A stretch of DNA of 64,000 nt from a virus (lineage: Duplodnaviria; Caudoviricetes). The DNA is taken from IMG/VR virus record IMGVR_UViG_3300005805_000001, positions 1-64,000 of that record, one strand, 5' to 3'. Shown one piece after another: positions 59,194 through 64,000 of this stretch. Each line of letters begins with the position of its first letter. Position 1 is the stretch's first letter. A model generated the notes under the pieces. That model worked only from the letters and a program-made list of their open reading frames with translations, was not told the origin of the DNA and did no database searches. A program made the position numbers and the translations under genes.

Positions 59194-59254
59194 ATGCACA
59201 TGAGGGACTCGAACCCCCTACTTTTCAGTGTTACCATGTTACAACCAATGTGCA
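59194..59254 (-). ncRNA. tRNA-like RNA with collapsed anticodon arm (pseudo-tRNA)
   Basis: - strand: acceptor TGCACAT/ATGTGCA, D arm around AACATGGTA, T arm GGGGG-TTCGAGT-CCCTC. Only ACT-GAAA-AGT lies between the D and T arms. No encoded CCA. Confidence 0.6.
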
Positions 59255-59261
59255 TTCCTTG

Positions 59262-59349
59262 TAGTCAGGACAGGATTCGAACCTATATATATCGTTCCTC
59301 TTTTCTATGTTTTCTTGAGACGATAGCCGTACCATTCAGCCACCTGACT
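59262..59349 (-). ncRNA. tRNA-like RNA with expanded 24-nt anticodon loop
   Basis: - strand: acceptor AGTCAGG/CCTGACT, D arm GCTG-AATGGTA-CGGC, anticodon stem ATCGT/ACGAT enclosing CTCAAGAAAACATAGAAAAGAGGA, 4-nt variable region, T arm ATAGG-TTCGAAT-CCTGT. No encoded CCA. Confidence 0.7.
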
Positions 59350-59398
59350 AATATTCTGTATTCTTTGCGGAGAATATGAGAAATAATCTCCGCATCAA

Positions 59399-59638
59399 TT
59401 AGCTATGTCTTTCAAACAAAGCTGATTCAATCGTGGCTATATCAAGCCATGATGGTCTTTTAGGAAGTTTGTTTCCGTCTTCATCGTAATAACTGATTAC
59501 CCTCCATCCTTGATTAATGGTATGTCCGGGATAATTATCAGTACCTTCATGATACTTGTCAGCTATTTCAACGTGTACAGTACACAATACATCATCTGGC
59601 CCGATGAACTCGAGCTCATATTCAAATATTTCTGTCAT
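59399..59638 (-). CDS. Hypothetical acidic protein
   Basis: 79-aa ORF coupled to the upstream gene. Confidence 0.6.
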   Translation of the reverse strand: MTEIFEYELEFIGPDDVLCTVHVEIADKYHEGTDNYPGHTINQGWRVISYYDEDGNKLPKRPSWLDIATIESALFERHS

Positions 59639-59850
59639 TACTTTGAGGATTTTGTTATGAAACCCATGAGGGTCTTGATGTCCTTTGCCTTTAGGATCTC
59701 AGTCCTAGGCTTTTCACCATTGAAATATGCTTCCTTGTCTTCACGCTTAAACGCACTCCATAACTGTGTGTGAGGATTGTAATGGAAGAGGTAATCGTAC
59801 AAAGGATTTGCTCCAGGATTGTTATCCATGTGTTTGTTTTTTAAGTTCAT
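59638..59850 (-). CDS. Hypothetical protein
   Basis: 70 aa with LYDYLFHYNPHTQLWSAFKR. The true start may be near 59829. Confidence 0.6.
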   Translation of the reverse strand: MNLKNKHMDNNPGANPLYDYLFHYNPHTQLWSAFKREDKEAYFNGEKPRTEILKAKDIKTLMGFITKSSK

Positions 59851-60052
59851 GTCTTACCTTAGTCCAGAATACATGGTCAGGATTTATATCCTCACCTATG
59901 AATCCTGGTTTGAAGATCCTTTCAGGAGTTGCATCAAGAACCTTGTCAACCACTGAGATGCATATTTTTAATGCCTCATCAAGTTGTATGTCCCTGTTTT
60001 TCCATATGTCAAGATACATACTTTTTGCAGTTTCCCTTGGATCCCTTTCCAT
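59822..60052 (-). CDS. Hypothetical protein
   Basis: 76-aa ORF coupled to the peptidase stop. Confidence 0.6.
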   Translation of the reverse strand: MERDPRETAKSMYLDIWKNRDIQLDEALKICISVVDKVLDATPERIFKPGFIGEDINPDHVFWTKVRHELKKQTHG

Positions 60053-60483
60053 CAGCTTATCCTTAATTCCTGTTTACGATTCTTACCTGGTCCTACATAT
60101 GACACATGAACCCATGCTGGATTCTTATCATCACCATACTCCCATATCAACTGGTCAAAGTCTACATTCTTTTTCAACCAATTGTAGATCTGTCCATTAG
60201 TCAATCCATTCTTGAATATGTCAGCATCAATGTCAATCGCTTGACCCAGCATATGCTGTGATTTAATTGAACCATTCACAGCCTTGTTGAGAGCCTTGCT
60301 TCTGAAGAAACTTGATATTCCTATTGGTTTGCCATGCCATTCACGCAATGGTTCAAAGCAATTCTTTGCCACGGCTTTCATAGCCCTGATTTGCTCATCA
60401 TTGGGAGCATTGTCAATTCCTTTTCTTACGGCAGTCTGGCTTTTGATTGCCTCTGCCAATGTGATGTGATCACTTATTTTCAT
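60052..60483 (-). CDS. Peptidase M15 family protein (endolysin candidate)
   Basis: ISSFFRSKALNKAVNG...SQHMLGQAIDID...FDQLIWEY...WVHVSY, the LAS-type Zn ligands H, D, H. Confidence 0.88.
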   Translation of the reverse strand: MKISDHITLAEAIKSQTAVRKGIDNAPNDEQIRAMKAVAKNCFEPLREWHGKPIGISSFFRSKALNKAVNGSIKSQHMLGQAIDIDADIFKNGLTNGQIYNWLKKNVDFDQLIWEYGDDKNPAWVHVSYVGPGKNRKQELRIS

Positions 60484-60676
60484 TCTTGTCCGGTTTTAAG
60501 ATTAGATTTGGATCATAGTAATCTTCAGGCCAATACTCACTGCATTTTCCTTTATTCTTGTCATAAGGAAGTTCTATGAAATATGCTTGCCTGAATTCAT
60601 TGGGTATAGCGTTTACCCTGTAGCAGTTATGACGTAAAGGACAGTTGATTCCTTCACACATTGTAATGTCAGCCAT
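60470..60676 (-). CDS. Small Cys-rich hypothetical protein
   Basis: MADITMCEGINCPLRHNCYR...CSEYW. Confidence 0.7.
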   Translation of the reverse strand: MADITMCEGINCPLRHNCYRVNAIPNEFRQAYFIELPYDKNKGKCSEYWPEDYYDPNLILKPDKNENK

Positions 60677-60691
60677 TGGTTTAGTGTTTAA

Positions 60692-60811
60692 TCAATAACC
60701 TGTCCAATCATTGTCATTATCATTCTTTATTGATATGAGTATCAATAATAACAATAAAACACATAAGAATACAGACATTAATACAATGATTGTAAGTTGT
60801 GTGATGGTCAT
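60692..60811 (-). CDS. Small single-TM protein (not in ORF track)
   Basis: 39 aa MTITQLTIIVLMSVFLCVLLLLLILISIKNDNDNDWTGY, with ATGA coupling to the upstream stop. Confidence 0.5.
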   Translation of the reverse strand: MTITQLTIIVLMSVFLCVLLLLLILISIKNDNDNDWTGY

Positions 60812-61212
60812 AACAATAGGATTTTGGAGAATCTTCTTGGAAGGAACACATTCTCAAGTTCAAGAGCTGGCTTGAACATTGGGGCTATGTCTTCAACCTT
60901 GTTACCTGCCAATCCACAGCCAATCTCCGTTACAAGAAAGTCAAATTGCACATTCTGATGTGCAAAATCAATGAATTTATGCACATAATCACAGATGCGG
61001 TATAATGGCAGTTTGCCAATGGTACGGTCTTTTGTGGGAATTGCATATGATTGTCCGTACAATCCCTCACCCTTTCCATACTCAGCGCCAAACATGAAGT
61101 AAGCCTGATGCGCAGCTCCTGCCCCATGTATTCCCGCTTCATTGGAACCAAAGACAAATATCTCATTGTCATACAGTTGGTAAATCTTACCTTCGGATAC
61201 CCTGGCTATCAT
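60808..61212 (-). CDS. A1S_2505-family macro-domain-like phage protein
   Basis: EIFVFGSNEAGIHGAGAA, GEGLYGQSYAIPTK, F.VTEIGCGLAG. Confidence 0.8.
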   Translation of the reverse strand: MIARVSEGKIYQLYDNEIFVFGSNEAGIHGAGAAHQAYFMFGAEYGKGEGLYGQSYAIPTKDRTIGKLPLYRICDYVHKFIDFAHQNVQFDFLVTEIGCGLAGNKVEDIAPMFKPALELENVFLPRRFSKILLL

Positions 61213-61418
61213 TGGAATCTTTGTTGTTTGAGGATTTTACGTGATTCCTTTGTGACTGCAGGATGATACCATGATCCAGGTAATCTTATTTCCTTGGAGT
61301 AACGCTTCTTGTTATGGAAGCACCACAGGTTCTTTTCCCTGGTCGTTCTGCATGAGCACATCATTATCATTGACATGAATGCCATTGTCAATGTCATGCT
61401 TTTTGATTTGATTTTCAT
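61209..61418 (-). CDS. Small basic lipoprotein, paralog of 6851-7138
   Basis: Hydrophobic Met-rich N-terminus with MCSC, and KNL..F..K.RY and HPAVT shared with the 6851-7138 protein. Likely start is the ATG at 61397. Confidence 0.55.
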   Translation of the reverse strand: MKIKSKSMTLTMAFMSMIMMCSCRTTREKNLWCFHNKKRYSKEIRLPGSWYHPAVTKESRKILKQQRFQ

Positions 61419-61842
61419 ATTCCAATCTTAGTTTGTCATAGAGTGTTGTGAATTCGAAGTGTTTGGTTTCCAGCATATCCTTTGCCGTACGTATTGAATG
61501 TATGACAGTCACGCGGTCCAGTTCAAGGTAATCCTTAATCATATTCTTACTCATTCCTGCTATGTAACATAGCCTGCAAAACGACTGCCTTAAGAATACA
61601 AGTGCTCTCTTACGGCATTTCGTTCTAATCCCTTCGGGATAATATTTATCTGTGACTTCTTCCAATACAATGTCTGCAGCTTTCATTAAAACCCAGGGAT
61701 TGATGTCTATGGTTCTATCCATGATTACATCAACCCTGAGTTTGAATTTTTCAAGTGCAAGCCTTTTGACCTCAGCCACGAAATTGTCATATTCCTCTAT
61801 GATGTCAGATTGATTATCACGAGGGTCCAGAATATCACGCAT
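61312..61842 (-). CDS. DnaA C-terminal (domain IV)-like HTH protein
   Basis: RKRALVFLRQSFCRL...SKNMIKDYLELDRVTVIHSIRT resembles the DnaA RDHTTVIH helix. The ORF-track TTG start at 61863 lies inside a promoter-like element, so the ATG at 61842 is preferred. Confidence 0.65.
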   Translation of the reverse strand: MRDILDPRDNQSDIIEEYDNFVAEVKRLALEKFKLRVDVIMDRTIDINPWVLMKAADIVLEEVTDKYYPEGIRTKCRKRALVFLRQSFCRLCYIAGMSKNMIKDYLELDRVTVIHSIRTAKDMLETKHFEFTTLYDKLRLEYENQIKKHDIDNGIHVNDNDVLMQNDQGKEPVVLP

Positions 61843-61860
61843 GCCGATAAGATTATAGCC

Positions 61861-61868
61861 CAAATATA
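61861..61868 (-). promoter_or_regulatory. Bacteroidota -7 promoter element
   Basis: TATATTTG on the - strand in an intergenic gap, 18 nt before the ATG at 61842. Confidence 0.5.
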
Positions 61869-61900
61869 AGGCATAAAACTGTCATTTTCATCTTTTTTCA

Positions 61901-62392
61901 TTACCAAGATGATTGATATTTGTATGAAATGTTGATGTCACGTGGCTCATCAAGGATAGCTTTAAGACATTCGTGAGTCTTCATCACTTCATTCCAATAC
62001 CACTCATCAATGTCATAGGTACCAAAGAAGAAACCTACTTGTGGAGGTAATAACTTCATTGCCAGATTGTTACGTTCATCACCTTCAGGAGTGCGTAGCA
62101 ATTCATCGCATATCTGAAACAGTTCTTCCAATGATGAATAGGATACAAAATGTTCTTCACAATTGTCATTACCCCTTTGTACATTGTCTACGAACCATTT
62201 ATGTATATGATTGGCTTTACGCCAGTACAATACATGCTCAGTTACTGATACAATCTTGTGCATGATAATGTCAATCTTTTTTCTTTGATCATTATCACCT
62301 TTGCAAGTGAGGTCTACAGTGCCTTGCACATCACGGTATTCATGATTGGCTCCCACATAGATTTCCCGATATAAATACATATCTAATCCCAT
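61901..62392 (-). CDS. Conserved-type phage hypothetical protein
   Basis: MGLDMYLY...YWRKANHIHKWFV...LPPQVGFFFGTYDIDEWY...YQSSW. Confidence 0.75.
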   Translation of the reverse strand: MGLDMYLYREIYVGANHEYRDVQGTVDLTCKGDNDQRKKIDIIMHKIVSVTEHVLYWRKANHIHKWFVDNVQRGNDNCEEHFVSYSSLEELFQICDELLRTPEGDERNNLAMKLLPPQVGFFFGTYDIDEWYWNEVMKTHECLKAILDEPRDINISYKYQSSW

Positions 62393-62589
62393 CAGTTATA
62401 AGTTTTTAAATGTTCGATAATAGCTTCGTTTATGCTGTTCTCACATAAACCGATTTCATGTTGCATTGATCCTCCGTCTTCAATCTCATCTTTGCAGAGT
62501 TGATAGTAATCTACGAATTGATCTTGAAGTTCAGGATATTTTTGGATTGCATTCCTTACAAAATCCTGTAACTGTGATAATGTAGTCAT
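62392..62589 (-). CDS. Hypothetical protein
   Basis: 65-aa acidic helical ORF coupled to the next gene. Confidence 0.6.
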   Translation of the reverse strand: MTTLSQLQDFVRNAIQKYPELQDQFVDYYQLCKDEIEDGGSMQHEIGLCENSINEAIIEHLKTYN

Positions 62590-62600
62590 TGTTCTACGAT

Positions 62601-62924
62601 TTAATGATTAGATTTTTCTTTTAAGCGTTTGATTTTAATCATTTCGAGAGTCATCGTGGTCATTTTATCATAACCATATGCCGTGTTTTCAAGTGTACCG
62701 TCTTCCCTAAATTCCAATACTGTACCTCTTTCATCAGTGATTTTCATTATGTTAGCAGTAGTATGTGGTATATCACCTAATGCAATCTGACGTTGAATGT
62801 TTCGTAAATCATATTCAGTAAGTACGGTATCCTGACAATAATACAGTGGAGGTTCTATAATATCTATGACGATTATATCCTTACCTATCTTGAAGACTTT
62901 TTTGTTTTTGTTTAACAATTTCAT
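62601..62924 (-). CDS. Hypothetical protein
   Basis: 107-aa ORF in the - strand operon. Confidence 0.6.
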   Translation of the reverse strand: MKLLNKNKKVFKIGKDIIVIDIIEPPLYYCQDTVLTEYDLRNIQRQIALGDIPHTTANIMKITDERGTVLEFREDGTLENTAYGYDKMTTMTLEMIKIKRLKEKSNH

Positions 62925-62927
62925 GCT

Positions 62928-63806
62928 TTAGAATATATAACGTATTGTGTTCCAAGGTATGATTTGATCATGTAATTCAATGAATTGCTCTATGAATTGA
63001 CGCTTCAGATTGTGCTCATACCTTATGTTTTTACCTCCATATTGCGAGGTTTTCTCTTCCTGCATATGAGGTTGCCATAACAAGTGTTCGCCAGGAAGAT
63101 TGTTCTCAACATTATAACGATGTTTGTTCTCATTGTGTGTCAAGAAGATAACCTCCGCTTTGACATCATCATTATAATATGCATCTCCAACATAGTGATT
63201 TACAAGAGTAAACAAGTCACGATACTTGTCAAGCCAGCCTGGATATACAATCACAGGACTGAAATTCAGATGTACCTCATAACCAGCTTCATAGAAAGGT
63301 TCTATAGCTTCAAGACGTTCCTGTATGGTGCTTGTGTTAGGCTCAAGTAATGTGGAATAATCTTGTGGCATCAGACTAAAGCGTATCCTGATTTTCTTGT
63401 CATAATCCTCATTCTCAGCTTTATAATCAAGAAGATCCTTATTCACGTACTTTGTTGCAAATGAAGCCATTGCAGTAGGATGGTGTTTGAAGAAATCAAA
63501 TATCCTACGCCAGTCGTGATGTTTGGCGTGCAATGCAAAGTCCTCATTACAAGAGATGTCATATGTGATAAATCGCTCATGTGTCTGATTAGGCTTTTGC
63601 ACATCAGCCAACCATGAATGGATGTTTATGGCGTTCAGTATGTCAACTGTGTTCTTTGCAACGTCAAGTCCCTCAGGCTTATGACGTTTCATATAACAAT
63701 ACGAACAATTATACAAACAACCATATCCAAAACTTGGACTGATGAAGTCTGTTGATCTGCCTGATTCTCTGATTGTCAGGGATTTGCGTTTTACTTCTTC
63801 TAACAT
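62928..63806 (-). CDS. splB: Spore photoproduct lyase-like radical SAM protein
   Basis: STDFISPSFGYGCLYNCSYCYMKRH (CxxxCxxC), DISCNEDF, FATKYVN, IRFSLMPQ, ERLEAI..F..AGYEVHLNFSPVI. Confidence 0.82.
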   Translation of the reverse strand: MLEEVKRKSLTIRESGRSTDFISPSFGYGCLYNCSYCYMKRHKPEGLDVAKNTVDILNAINIHSWLADVQKPNQTHERFITYDISCNEDFALHAKHHDWRRIFDFFKHHPTAMASFATKYVNKDLLDYKAENEDYDKKIRIRFSLMPQDYSTLLEPNTSTIQERLEAIEPFYEAGYEVHLNFSPVIVYPGWLDKYRDLFTLVNHYVGDAYYNDDVKAEVIFLTHNENKHRYNVENNLPGEHLLWQPHMQEEKTSQYGGKNIRYEHNLKRQFIEQFIELHDQIIPWNTIRYIF

Positions 63807-63930
63807 GATGATAACATTAGAATGATTAATGCTGTTAATGACAGTATGGCGATTACTATATTTGCATTGAATGTATAGTCATCCCATTTATCTATTGGTT
63901 TCTTTTTCATGGTTTGAAGTTTTAAAGGTT

Positions 63931-63963
63931 AAAAAAGCGGGGAGACACCCTATATGTCTCCCC
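63931..63963 (-). terminator. Rho-independent terminator
   Basis: GGGGAGACA-CCCTATA-TGTCTCCCC hairpin. On the - strand it is followed by GCTTTTTT. Confidence 0.75.
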
Positions 63964-64000
63964 TGAATCCTAACCTTATTTCATTGAAATGTCATTCTGC

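Noticed and set aside
59194-59379. 61-aa + strand ORF
   Set aside because: It is the antisense reading of the two tRNA-like elements (RDSNP and RIRT are typical translations of reversed T-loops).
59366-59394. TGCGGAGA/TCTCCGCA hairpin as a terminator
   Set aside because: There is no U-tract on either strand. It could be a processing or leader hairpin for the tRNA-like pair, but support is insufficient.
1-64000. Stop-codon reassignment, as in some crAss-like phages
   Set aside because: Genes up to 12.9 kb are uninterrupted in the standard code and coding density is high. TAA and TGA end most genes, and TAG ends the ORF at 48329.
1-64000. Prophage or integrative element
   Set aside because: No integrase, repressor switch, att-like repeats or host housekeeping genes are present in the window.

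Overview
The window is 64 kb of a crAss-like (Crassvirales-related) lytic dsDNA phage of a Bacteroidota host, in the standard genetic code. Two arms converge on a bidirectional terminator at about 42.9 kb. The + arm (1-42874) is the virion/late module: capsid-associated proteins, collagen fibres and a tailspike, an envelope/lysis cluster, ring proteins, an IHF-like protein, the muzzle protein, ejected cargo proteins and a 4296-aa virion RNA polymerase polyprotein (DFDVD and HExxH motifs). The - arm (42895-63806) carries a sigma factor, a PD-(D/E)XK nuclease, a resolvase, primase, SSB, RecT, DnaB, an SF2 helicase, rIIA/rIIB, a family A DNA polymerase, an M15 peptidase and a SplB-like radical SAM enzyme. 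Four observations stand out. (1) Two cargo proteins are strings of modules delimited by a recurring x-x-x-G-G motif, including outer-membrane beta-barrel-like, lysozyme-like and possibly ART-like modules, several with foreign base composition. (2) Two tandem tRNA-like RNAs keep their acceptor, D and T arms but have remodelled anticodon arms. (3) A T9SS-cargo-like secreted protein, a small beta-barrel protein and a lipoprotein are inserted in the lysis cluster. (4) A pair of paralogous basic lipoproteins lies on opposite arms. All family assignments come from motif recognition by eye; no searches were run.
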